DNA of 64,000 nucleotides from an uncultured Endomicrobiia bacterium (GCA_937928765.1 CALFVX010000004.1:15799-79798), one strand, 5' to 3'. Shown: positions 33,907-42,973, numbered from the stretch's first letter. Numbers and translations are program-made. The notes: generated by a model not told the origin, from the letters alone.

Positions 33907-34158
33907 GAACAGAAAGAAGGTTTTGAAGATTTTTTAGAATGCTTGAATAAGTATAGAGTCAAATACTGTATAGTTGGCGGGTTTGCAGTTTCGTATCACA
34001 GTAAACCACGGTATACAGACGATATGGATATTTTGGTTTATCCAGATTTAGATAACAGTAGAAAGACAAAATTAGCAATGGCTGAATTTGGCGTAGATGT
34101 TTCAAAAGTTGAAGATGAATATTTTGCTGTTAGTGGGAATTTTTATCAGATTGAATAA
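33907..34158 (+). pseudogene. Truncated copy of the minimal nucleotidyltransferase-fold gene (no proper start, premature end)
   Basis: EDFLECLNKYRVKYCIVGGFAVSYHSKPRYTDDMDILV aligns with the 34365 ORF (KDLLKTFNKYRVKYIIVGAYAVIYYTEPRYTKDIDIWI). It ends at ..FYQIE where the intact copy continues. Confidence 0.55.
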
Positions 34159-34210
34159 CTACTCTTGATGTGGTAGATTTAAAAACCGTATAGAAGAGTT
34201 AAACAAAGTA

Positions 34211-34417
34211 ATGAAGAAAAGACGAGTTATAATGGAAAGGATTGTGAAAATTTCAGAGTCAAACGATGATTGGAACATAAAGTTCTGGCAAAAACTTGGG
34301 GTAACACGCAGATTTTCAGTAGCATGGGAGATGTTACGAGATTATGAAAAAATAAGAGGGAAAAATGCAATTAAGTTCAGACTACAAAGATCTGTTGAAA
34401 ACATTCAACAAATATAG
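34211..34417 (+). CDS. Small hypothetical protein, putative partner of the downstream nucleotidyltransferase
   Basis: 68-aa ORF overlapping the NTase gene by 53 nt. FWQK...RLQRSVENIQ tail resembles small proteins I recall upstream of such NTases (from memory, unverified). Confidence 0.45.
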   Translation: MKKRRVIMERIVKISESNDDWNIKFWQKLGVTRRFSVAWEMLRDYEKIRGKNAIKFRLQRSVENIQQI

Positions 34418-34826
34418 GGTGAAATACATAATTGTAGGGGCATATGCTGTGATTTACTATACGGAGCCACGATATACAAAAGATATAGATATTTGGATAA
34501 AACCTGATAAGGAAAATGCAATTAGGGTTTATAATGCGTTAAAAGAATTTGGTGCTCCATTGAGAAATATTTCCATAGATGATTTTACTAATAAAAATTT
34601 GATTTATCAGATCGGTGTGGAACCTGTAAGAGTTGATATAATGATGGATTTTGGAGGTTTAAATTTCAATTCGGCATGGAAACGAAGAAAAAGGATAAAA
34701 TACGGTGATGTACTTACTAACCTTTTAAACATAAAAGACCTGATAAAAGTAAAAAGTAAGTTAAAAAGACCAAACGATATTTTGGATGTTGAAAAATTGA
34801 AAATGGTACTTAAATTGAAGAAGTGA
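34365..34826 (+). CDS. Minimal nucleotidyltransferase-fold protein (MNT/AbiEii-like superfamily, TA-like module)
   Basis: hG[GA]x(9-13)DhDh pattern (VGAYAVIYYTEPRYTKDIDIWI). Its stop TGA overlaps the ATG of the giant gene. Confidence 0.65.
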   Translation: MQLSSDYKDLLKTFNKYRVKYIIVGAYAVIYYTEPRYTKDIDIWIKPDKENAIRVYNALKEFGAPLRNISIDDFTNKNLIYQIGVEPVRVDIMMDFGGLNFNSAWKRRKRIKYGDVLTNLLNIKDLIKVKSKLKRPNDILDVEKLKMVLKLKK

Positions 34827-37800
34827 TGAAAACTAAATTGGAAAAAATTTTTTCAGGTGTAGTTTTGTGTTTAGCAGTTTTATCGCAGTATACCTTTGCG
34901 CAAACAGGTCAGGCAATTAATAGCTGGGTTCAACTTACAACAGCGCCTGGCAATGCACAAGGGGCTGGAGTTTGTGTTGTTTATGTTCAAAAAGAAGGTA
35001 AAGATAAAATATATAGTATGCGCGGAGGAAGTAATATTTTTCAAATTTATGATATTGAAACAGATGTTTGGATTTCTACTACTAATTTACCATATAATGC
35101 AAGTACCGGCGCTTCAATGACCTGGGATGGTGAAAATTTTATATATATGCTTTTAGGTGGAACAACGTTTTATCAATACGATATTTCTGCATCAACATTT
35201 ACAAGATTAGCAGACCCGCCAGGTTCTATAGCAGGCGGTGGTGCAATAGTTTATGTAAGCACTTCAGTAGATGCTAAATGGTGTTATGCATTTCAAGGTG
35301 GAACAAATGTTTTTTGGAGATATAATATATTGACTAATGAGTGGAGTTCTGTGGCGCCTCCCGGAGCGGCAACAGGGGCTGGAAGTAATCTTTTATGGAC
35401 AGGAGATAATTATATTTATGGTTCAAGATTCGGTAGTACTTCTAATGCATTTTTCAAAAGGTACAATATAGATACTGATACGTGGGAATCTCTTCAATCA
35501 TTACCTACGGGCAACTGGGGAGCAGGCGGTTCTTTATGTTGGGATGGTGTTATAACTTCATCAAATATTTACGCGATTCAAGGTGGTGGTAGTACAAATT
35601 TTTTAAAATATAACATTTCTCAAAATCAGTGGGTTACAGTTCAGTCATTACCAATTGCTGTGGGGACAAACACAGGTAACCGTCTCGCAAGGGTTGGTGA
35701 TTATATTTACGGAAGGTTAGGCTCAACTAATGCTACGGATTCTTTCTGGCGTTACCGATGGCGAGATGTTGACCCGCCGGGGAAAATCACAAGTTTTGTT
35801 GCAGAAACCGGCACAAATGGTGGCGAGATAAATTTAAGTTGGGTTTCTCCAGGAAATGATGGATACATAGGTAACCTTCCTTCAGGGAGCACTTTTTATA
35901 TCCAATATTCTTCAATGACTGAAAATGTTGTCTTTTCAACTTCATCACCACAGAATGTTTATGAAATTTATATCCCAACAGGACCTGTTCTACAAGGAAC
36001 AACTGTTTATTATACTGTTGGTGGTCTTCAAGAAAATGTAACTTATTATTTTAGAATCTGGACAAAAGACAATTCTGGTAATTGGTCAGAAATTTCAAAT
36101 GGTGCAACTGCCTGGGCTCAAGTTACACCGCTTGCTTCTGCGCCAAATGATCTTGAGATAACGAATGTAACCACAAATATAATAACCCTATCTTGGTCTC
36201 TTTCTGGTGCAGCGACTTACTGGGTAGAACACTCAACCATTTCTTCTCCTTATAACTGGATATGGCGTTCAAGTGTTCCAGCGCCAGGTAATATGTATCA
36301 AGATGTTGATTTAGAATGGGGAACTACTTACTGGTATAGATTAATAGCTGTAAACTCTGTGGGAAAACCAAATTATGATTCTTCAAGTAATATAGTAAGT
36401 TCAACTACTTATCCTGGAGTACCTACAGATTTTAATATACAAGCAAGAACATCTACTTCCATAACCTGGACATGGACACCTCCTAATGGTTTTGCTGATG
36501 GATATAAAATATATCAGGCCACATCTCCCACGACACTTGTTGCTACAGTACCCTTTGGAACAAACACTTACGAAGAAACAGGTCTCTCCACCAACACCGC
36601 CTATGGCAGATATGTCCGTTCATATAACATTGTCGGTGAATCGTTGGATTCAAACCATGCAACATTTTATACACTTGCAGTTCCACCGGAAAATCTGCAG
36701 ATAACAGAGGTTTATTCAAGTTCAGTGACACTGACCTGGCAAGCAGGTGGTAATCCCCAAGGTACAAGGTTTGGTCTTGCCCGTGCAGAAGATGAGAATT
36801 TTACAGTTAATCATACGACCTTTGTTTCTCTTTCTGATAATCTCACAGAACTTACAACAACAGCAACAGGTCTTGGTGAGGATACTACTTATTATTTCCG
36901 TGTTTGGGCATATAACGGCGACGGAATTGAATCTGGGTATAGTAACATAGTCAGTACAAAAACATTACCAGGTCCGCCTGCTACACCACTTGGACTTTAT
37001 GGAATTGCATTATCTACAGTTTCAATAAAATGGGAGTGGAATATTACAAAAAATGCTACTTATTATCAGGTTTATGATGCGGACAACAATTCACTATTAG
37101 CAAATCTTGAAGGCAACGGGACAACTACTTGGATTGAAGTTGGCCTTTCTTCAAACACGCAGTATACAAGATACATAAAAGCAGGAAATGAATACGGCCT
37201 TTCAGCTCCGTCTCTAAATGTCTCAAGATACACACTTGCTTACCCACCGACGGTATTAAATGCAGTAGCGGTAAGTTCATCAACAATAGATTTATCCTGG
37301 AATTATAGTGGTGCAACTAAATATCAGATATGGTGTTCAACTGTTGATTCACAATCACAGGAATATTGGTTAAATATCACCACGGTTGCCTCACCGACGT
37401 TGACTTATCAACATCAGAATTTATTATCAGGAGTGACTTATTATTACAGAATTTATCCTGTCAATGGTGATGATATTGTAAATACAGAATTTGACTTTCC
37501 GAGTGCATCAACAAGAACATATCCCTCACCAGTTGGTTCTTTTTACGGTATTGCAATATCCACAACATCAATAAACTGGCAATGGGAACCTGCCTTAGGT
37601 GCTGACGGCTACAAAATTTATAGTGCCACAGACAACTCTGTAGTTGCAGAACTTGTCTCTGCTAATACTTTTTATGTAGAAAGCGGATTTGCTCCAAATC
37701 AGCAGTGTGGCAGATATATCCGCGCGTTTAATACAACAGGGCTGGGTGAACTTTCAGCAAAAACAACTGTTTATACACTTGCAAACCCGCCTACAAACTT

Positions 37801-40084
37801 AACTGTTATCGGTGTAAATTACAATAGTGTTTTATTATCCTGGTCTGCAAACAACAATCATTCTGCAACAAGATATGAGGTGTCACAATCTACTGATAAC
37901 TTTGTTACAAATTTTTCAACTCCAATAAAGTTGACGGATAATTATACAAACACAACAGCAGATATTGATGGTTTAGCTGTTGATACTGAATATTTCTTCA
38001 GAGTAAGAGCATTTAATGGCGATGATGTTTCTACCGAATTTAGTGATATATTTAGTACAAAAACACTTTCTTATCAAATAGGAGTAATTATTGATGAAAG
38101 TTTTGATGGTGAAACATTTCCGCCTTCTGGTTGGGTGGCACAAGGTACAACAAGAGTTACAACTCGTTATGTTAGCCCTCCATATAGTGTTGGCAATTTT
38201 ACTGCATCAAATTATTTGTTTACTCCTTTCCTAGAGAATCCTCTAACTATGACATTTCAGTTGTATGTTACCGGTTCAGCATCTGTATTTACTGTTCAGA
38301 TAGGTACTTCACAATTTATTTCTGGTACTTGGTTAACTATTTTTTCTACAGGTGGAATAGCAAATACTTGGCAAACACAAACAATTGATTTATCAGGATA
38401 TCAAAATGTTTATGTAAGAATGAATCGTACATCTGGTCAAAATTCTTTTAATCTTGACGATGTCAAAATCACAGGATATCTAATACCTGACACTATAATA
38501 CCTTCATCAATCTCCAACCTAACTGCTTTATCTACTAATATTGAAGGGGCAGTTCAACTCAACTGGACATCGCCTGGGGATGATGGCGAAGATGGCACTT
38601 TGAATAATGCCGCCTATAGAATCAAATATTCAACCATTAACTTTACAAGTTTTTCAAAGGATGATAGTTACAACATAGAATTTTCAACAACAGGCGTTCC
38701 ACCAAAAACAGAAGTTAGTTATATTGTTAGAGGGCTTGCTCCAGGAACTTCATACTATTTTGGAATTATTGCAAGAGATGATTCTAACAACTGGTCAACT
38801 TGGACAAAAGATGAAGGCCTGGGTATAAACACTTCAAATTATGCCTGGACAGTTGATTTACCACCTTTTCCACCATCTCAGATTTCAGCGGTGTCTTCAA
38901 ACAGAAGTATATCACTTTCTTGGCAACATCCTTCAGCTGATCCTGGAGATATAGACAAGTACTGGGTATATCAGGCGACATTTAGTTTTAGTTCGTCAAC
39001 TGAAGAAAATGTTGTTCATATTGCAACAGTCAGTTATCCTTTGGCACATACAACAATTACCGGACTGACAAACGGCACAGAATATTTCTATAGGATAAGA
39101 ACAGTAGATAAAGGTGATACTGGTGATGGTTATTATGGTGAAGTTCTTGTAGGCTCTTTAAGTGACCCGCCTGTTTCAGCAGTTCCTAAAATTCGCCCGC
39201 CAGGCAATTTAGTTGCAACCCATTATGGTAGTTATGTTTCACTTTCATGGGAAGATTCGCCTGATTATAAAGCAGACAATTTTGCTGGATATAATATTTA
39301 TCGTTCTACTGACAATTCATCTTCTTCATTTTTTCACTTTCTTACTTTTTCACTTTCTAACTCTGCTACTGATTATTCTGTTGAAAAAACTAAAACTTAT
39401 TATTATTTAGTTCGCACTTCAGATACTTTTGGTTCTTTAAGTGACCCCTCAAATATTGCTGAAGCAATTCCTGATTTAATCCCACCTAAGATACAGATTT
39501 TAAGGCAGCTTACTTCGCGTGATATTGCAAAAGATGTTGCTTTTGTAGAATTCAAAATTCTTGATGACAGGTTTAACGAAAATGATAAACAAGGTAAGAT
39601 AACATCTGTAATAGGTAAGTATAGAAATATCGCTGCACAAAATAATTTTGAAAAAGAGATAAAGATTACAGGTGATGGGTTATATTCTGCAGAATTTATT
39701 GGCAAAGGTGAACTTGAGTTCACAATTTTTGTTATTGGCAAACAAGGAGTTGAGTATTATCTTGAAGCAAAAGATGAAGTTAACATAACAAGATGGCCTA
39801 AAGAAAACGAGTGGTGGCGTGTTTTACCACCAGAAGATAAACCTGAACAAAAGTTTATCACGACAAAAAATCCTGAGATTGTTTTTGGTAAAGAGACACA
39901 AGAGGTTGTAATACGAGATTATAACGGAAACGAAATATGGAGACAAAAATCTGATGGAGACAAATTAATCATATGGCATGCCGAAGATAGTAAAGGTAAA
40001 AAAATAGAATCTGGTGCGTATATTTATCAGATAAAAACAAAAGATGGGAAACGAAAATATGGAGTAGTTATTGTGGTGAAGTGA
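34826..40084 (+). CDS. Giant exported surface protein: 6-blade Kelch-like propeller, ~10 FN3-like modules, a jelly-roll (choice-of-anchor-J/MAM-like) insert and a FlgD-Ig/T9SS-like C-terminal domain
   Basis: Signal peptide. Six W-containing Kelch-like units (aa ~30-315). Repeated FN3 signatures (LSW/LTW...Y.V/Y.I...YYFR). ESFDGETFPPSGW domain. Tail ..IWHAEDSKGKKIESGAYIYQIKT..GVVIVVK. Confidence 0.85.
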   Translation: MKTKLEKIFSGVVLCLAVLSQYTFAQTGQAINSWVQLTTAPGNAQGAGVCVVYVQKEGKDKIYSMRGGSNIFQIYDIETDVWISTTNLPYNASTGASMTWDGENFIYMLLGGTTFYQYDISASTFTRLADPPGSIAGGGAIVYVSTSVDAKWCYAFQGGTNVFWRYNILTNEWSSVAPPGAATGAGSNLLWTGDNYIYGSRFGSTSNAFFKRYNIDTDTWESLQSLPTGNWGAGGSLCWDGVITSSNIYAIQGGGSTNFLKYNISQNQWVTVQSLPIAVGTNTGNRLARVGDYIYGRLGSTNATDSFWRYRWRDVDPPGKITSFVAETGTNGGEINLSWVSPGNDGYIGNLPSGSTFYIQYSSMTENVVFSTSSPQNVYEIYIPTGPVLQGTTVYYTVGGLQENVTYYFRIWTKDNSGNWSEISNGATAWAQVTPLASAPNDLEITNVTTNIITLSWSLSGAATYWVEHSTISSPYNWIWRSSVPAPGNMYQDVDLEWGTTYWYRLIAVNSVGKPNYDSSSNIVSSTTYPGVPTDFNIQARTSTSITWTWTPPNGFADGYKIYQATSPTTLVATVPFGTNTYEETGLSTNTAYGRYVRSYNIVGESLDSNHATFYTLAVPPENLQITEVYSSSVTLTWQAGGNPQGTRFGLARAEDENFTVNHTTFVSLSDNLTELTTTATGLGEDTTYYFRVWAYNGDGIESGYSNIVSTKTLPGPPATPLGLYGIALSTVSIKWEWNITKNATYYQVYDADNNSLLANLEGNGTTTWIEVGLSSNTQYTRYIKAGNEYGLSAPSLNVSRYTLAYPPTVLNAVAVSSSTIDLSWNYSGATKYQIWCSTVDSQSQEYWLNITTVASPTLTYQHQNLLSGVTYYYRIYPVNGDDIVNTEFDFPSASTRTYPSPVGSFYGIAISTTSINWQWEPALGADGYKIYSATDNSVVAELVSANTFYVESGFAPNQQCGRYIRAFNTTGLGELSAKTTVYTLANPPTNLTVIGVNYNSVLLSWSANNNHSATRYEVSQSTDNFVTNFSTPIKLTDNYTNTTADIDGLAVDTEYFFRVRAFNGDDVSTEFSDIFSTKTLSYQIGVIIDESFDGETFPPSGWVAQGTTRVTTRYVSPPYSVGNFTASNYLFTPFLENPLTMTFQLYVTGSASVFTVQIGTSQFISGTWLTIFSTGGIANTWQTQTIDLSGYQNVYVRMNRTSGQNSFNLDDVKITGYLIPDTIIPSSISNLTALSTNIEGAVQLNWTSPGDDGEDGTLNNAAYRIKYSTINFTSFSKDDSYNIEFSTTGVPPKTEVSYIVRGLAPGTSYYFGIIARDDSNNWSTWTKDEGLGINTSNYAWTVDLPPFPPSQISAVSSNRSISLSWQHPSADPGDIDKYWVYQATFSFSSSTEENVVHIATVSYPLAHTTITGLTNGTEYFYRIRTVDKGDTGDGYYGEVLVGSLSDPPVSAVPKIRPPGNLVATHYGSYVSLSWEDSPDYKADNFAGYNIYRSTDNSSSSFFHFLTFSLSNSATDYSVEKTKTYYYLVRTSDTFGSLSDPSNIAEAIPDLIPPKIQILRQLTSRDIAKDVAFVEFKILDDRFNENDKQGKITSVIGKYRNIAAQNNFEKEIKITGDGLYSAEFIGKGELEFTIFVIGKQGVEYYLEAKDEVNITRWPKENEWWRVLPPEDKPEQKFITTKNPEIVFGKETQEVVIRDYNGNEIWRQKSDGDKLIIWHAEDSKGKKIESGAYIYQIKTKDGKRKYGVVIVVK
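35768..38047 (+). repeat. Tandem FN3-like coding repeats (eight modules; three recurring subtypes in order 1-2-3-2-1-2-3 after a first SPGNDG-type module); boundaries approximate
   Basis: Recurrent subtypes ITLSWS..YWVEHS, TWTWTPP..DGYKIYQAT and VTLTWQAGGNPQGTRF..YYFRVWAYNGDG, and their later copies. Confidence 0.6.
39329..39373 (-). repeat. Inverted copy of the purine-rich element embedded in frame in the giant ORF (encodes FFHFLTFSLSNSATD)
   Basis: ttttttcactttcttactttttcactttctaactctgctactgat. Its reverse complement reads B-like atcagtagcagagttag followed by aaagtgaaaaagtaagaaagtgaaaaaa. Confidence 0.55.
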
Positions 40085-40158
40085 GAAAATAAAAAAGTAA
40101 AATATTGAGAAAGTAAAAGAGTAAAAAAGACAGCTGATAGTTTATAGCAGGCAGGTGA
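40076..40158 (+). repeat. Purine-rich element copy c (A then B module), overlapping the giant-gene stop. Its B module is the left inverted repeat of the four-helix-bundle cassette
   Basis: gtgaagtgagaaaataaaaaagtaaaatattgagaaagtaaaagagtaaaaaagacagctgatagtttatagcaggcaggtga. Confidence 0.6.
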
Positions 40159-40183
40159 AAAAATAAAGGAAAAGGTTTTAGAT

Positions 40184-41524
40184 ATGAGTGATAAAGAATA
40201 TATTTCACCAAATAAAAAATTGTTAGTATTGCAGAAAGCGTTTGCATTATGTAAAGAAGTTTATCAGATTGTTAAAAAATTTCCAAAGAGTGAACTGTTT
40301 GGTATTACACAACAAATCAGACGAGCGGTAGTTTCTATAGTAAGCAGTATAGCTGAAGGTGCTGCAAGGACAGGTGGGAAAGAAAAAATAAAGTTTTTTA
40401 TTACAGAAAAAGGTTCTCTTACAGAGTTGGAAACACAACTGTTGTTAGCAAAAGAGTTAGAATATTACATTTATAATCAAGAAATATTTAATAAAATCCA
40501 AAAAGTATGGAAGTTATTAAATGTATTGATTCAAAGCAAAAGAAAAATTATCAAAAATTTTCTTTTGTTATTTTTAACTATCACCTACCTGCTATCACCT
40601 AACTGCTGTTTGTTATTTTCCGCATTCCAAAGCACTGACTGGTCTGTTCGTGCAGAAAGTATGGGGGGTGTTTTTACTGCCATAAGTGATGAACCATCAG
40701 GGGTTTATTATAACCCTTCAGGGACAAGATTTGTTGAAAAAAATTTTGTCCAAACAATGTATTCAAAACCGTTTTTAGGTATTGAAGATATCAATATTTA
40801 TCTTATGAACATAGCAGGAGTTTTTAAAACAAAATATATTTCTTTAGGATTTAGTTATGGAAGTTATAATGTAGAAAACAATTTGTATAAAGAAGATACA
40901 ATTATTTTTAATCTTAGCAAAAAATTGGATGAAATTTATTCTGAATTACCGGCTTTAAGTTTAGGTATAAATTTTAAATATCTTACTAAAAAATATACTT
41001 TTGATGATGAAATCTTAAATTTAGAACCAGAATTGAAAGATAAAAAATCAAGATCAGTTGTATCATTAGATTTTGGTGCAATATACAAATTTTTAGATGA
41101 TAAGATGTCTGTAGGTTTTGCAGTGAAAGATTTTAATCAACCAAATATTGCTGTTTTGGAAGAAAACAAAGATATAATACCAATGGTAGTATCTTTTGGT
41201 AGTGCATACAATTTTGGTGATATAAAAACAGGACTGTATTTTGAAGATTTTACTTTAGGCATAGAGTTAAGGTATAGAAACCAAGATTGGGGTGATGAAA
41301 ATACAAAATTTTTTTATGCATTAGCTATTGAGACATATTTAAATTTTCATACCATACCTATAAGGTTTGGAATAAACAAAAATTCTTTTAATTTAGGTTT
41401 TGGATATCAAGGGATAAAAATTTCTGAAAAACTTAACCTTGGTATAGTTTATAATTTTGGGTTACCAATAGTGTATAATGATACTTTTGGTAATCATAGA
41501 ATTTGTGTAGATGTAAAGTTTTGA
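40184..41524 (+). CDS. Uninterrupted ORF joining a four-helix-bundle protein (23S rRNA IVS-type, TIGR02436-like; ~40184-40525) to a PorV/PorP-like OM beta-barrel protein (possible own TTG start at 40526)
   Basis: N-part: FPKSELFGITQQIRRAVVSIVSSIAEGAAR...GSLTELETQLLLA. From 40526: signal-peptide-like MIQSKRKIIKNFLLLFLTITYLLSPNCCLLFSAF, then AESMGGVFTAISDEPSGVYYNPSG and terminal ..VDVKF. Confidence 0.6.
   Translation: MSDKEYISPNKKLLVLQKAFALCKEVYQIVKKFPKSELFGITQQIRRAVVSIVSSIAEGAARTGGKEKIKFFITEKGSLTELETQLLLAKELEYYIYNQEIFNKIQKVWKLLNVLIQSKRKIIKNFLLLFLTITYLLSPNCCLLFSAFQSTDWSVRAESMGGVFTAISDEPSGVYYNPSGTRFVEKNFVQTMYSKPFLGIEDINIYLMNIAGVFKTKYISLGFSYGSYNVENNLYKEDTIIFNLSKKLDEIYSELPALSLGINFKYLTKKYTFDDEILNLEPELKDKKSRSVVSLDFGAIYKFLDDKMSVGFAVKDFNQPNIAVLEENKDIIPMVVSFGSAYNFGDIKTGLYFEDFTLGIELRYRNQDWGDENTKFFYALAIETYLNFHTIPIRFGINKNSFNLGFGYQGIKISEKLNLGIVYNFGLPIVYNDTFGNHRICVDVKF
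40581..40608 (-). repeat. Right inverted repeat of the four-helix-bundle cassette (inside the ORF, encodes part of the signal-peptide-like segment)
   Basis: The reverse complement of tcacctacctgctatcacctaactgctg matches 40131-40158 (cagctgatagtttatagcaggcaggtga) at 23 of 28 positions. Confidence 0.55.
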
Positions 41525-41525
41525 T

Positions 41526-41580
41526 ATTAGCTGGTAGGTGGTAGTTAGAGAAAAATGGTTGTATTCAAAGGTGATAGAAA
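41526..41580 (+). repeat. Purine-rich element copy e (B-type module), starting 2 nt after the stop
   Basis: attagctggtaggtggtagttagagaaaaatggttgtattcaaaggtgatagaaa. Confidence 0.45.
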
Positions 41581-41614
41581 TTTTTGTTCATTGTTTTAAT
41601 ATTAATGCTAAAAT

Positions 41615-42973
41615 ATGATTTTAATTTTATTTCTTTGTTTTTTTATAACTTGTATTTCTTATTCTTCAGAAATAAATGTTTATTTTACTGACCCAAGCAG
41701 TTTTCTTCCTTCATTAAGTGCACTTTCAACTCACCAAAAACCTATAGATTTTGCATTAAAAGAGTTTATAGAATCAGTACCTGCAGGAACTACGATGTAT
41801 GTTTGTATTTACGAAGTTAATAATACAACAATAACTTCTGCGGTGGACAATGTTATAAAAAAAGGTGTAAAAGTTTATTCTATTTTTGATAAAGATGTTT
41901 CTACTGCTGTATTTAAATCAAGTTTTGAGTGGAAAAAACTTGGTTCAAGCAACATATTGATGCATAACAAGTTTGTGGTAGTTAAAAGTTCAAAAGTGTG
42001 GAGTGGTTCGTACAATTTTACAGTTTCTGCAACTTATCAACAGGATAATTTTTGTGTAGAGATTTTTTCAAAAGAACTTGCTGAGATTTATGAGAAAGCA
42101 TTTTTGTATATGTGGGGATCAACAGGAACAATAACTATCGAAGATTTCAACGGAAAACAAACATTTTTATCTGACGGGACAAAAATAAGTGTATATTTTA
42201 ATCCTTACTTAAAACCAAAAGAATTAAAAGATGTTTTAGTTGATATTTTGTATGACAAATACTATGAAAAACCTATGGTAAAAAATTTATACTTTTCAGT
42301 TGCATGGTTTACATATAATGATATTTTAGACAAACTAATATTATTAAAAAATGAAAATGTAAAAATATACGGCATAATAGACGATGATAGTATGAATTTT
42401 TATGTTTATCAAAAATTAATATCCTATGGTATAAATATTTATTTTGATTCACGCAGAACTTCTTATGGTGAAGGACTTATGCACCACAAATTTTGTGTTT
42501 TAGACCCTTATGCAGAAAGCCCAAAAGTTATCTGCGGTTCTGCAAACTGGACACAGCAAGCGTTAAGCTCTTCTGGCGGAAACTATGAAAATTTGATTGT
42601 TATAGAATCAAGAAAAATTGCTGAAGTGTTCTACAAAGAATTTTTAAGGTTGTACAATAAAACAGTATCACCACAACTTGTTAATACAACTGATGAGTTA
42701 GTTGAAGATATTTTGTTTTATCCTAATCCTACAAAAGAAAGGTTAAATATAAAATTTAAACCCAACGATGGAGTTAAAGAAATAAAATTTTTGTTAGTCT
42801 CACTTTATGGTGTAAAAATTTTTGAACAAAATTTAAGTTTTGTTCCTGTGGTGGAAAATAAAGTTGAGTTATATTTGTCTAAAGAAATGAAAAAAGGAAT
42901 TTATTATGCAATATTAAGAGTAAAAAGTAGCCAGTATAGTAAAGATTATGTTAGAAAAATTGTTAAAGAATAA
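41615..42973 (+). CDS. Secreted phospholipase-D/HKD-family protein (Nuc-like nuclease or phosphodiesterase) with T9SS-type C-terminal sorting domain
   Basis: Signal peptide. HKD motifs from 41963 (HNKFVVVK..WSGSYNFT) and 42482 (HHKFCVLD..CGSANWT). C-terminal LFYPNPTKERLNIKF...GIYYAILRV. Confidence 0.8.
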   Translation: MILILFLCFFITCISYSSEINVYFTDPSSFLPSLSALSTHQKPIDFALKEFIESVPAGTTMYVCIYEVNNTTITSAVDNVIKKGVKVYSIFDKDVSTAVFKSSFEWKKLGSSNILMHNKFVVVKSSKVWSGSYNFTVSATYQQDNFCVEIFSKELAEIYEKAFLYMWGSTGTITIEDFNGKQTFLSDGTKISVYFNPYLKPKELKDVLVDILYDKYYEKPMVKNLYFSVAWFTYNDILDKLILLKNENVKIYGIIDDDSMNFYVYQKLISYGINIYFDSRRTSYGEGLMHHKFCVLDPYAESPKVICGSANWTQQALSSSGGNYENLIVIESRKIAEVFYKEFLRLYNKTVSPQLVNTTDELVEDILFYPNPTKERLNIKFKPNDGVKEIKFLLVSLYGVKIFEQNLSFVPVVENKVELYLSKEMKKGIYYAILRVKSSQYSKDYVRKIVKE

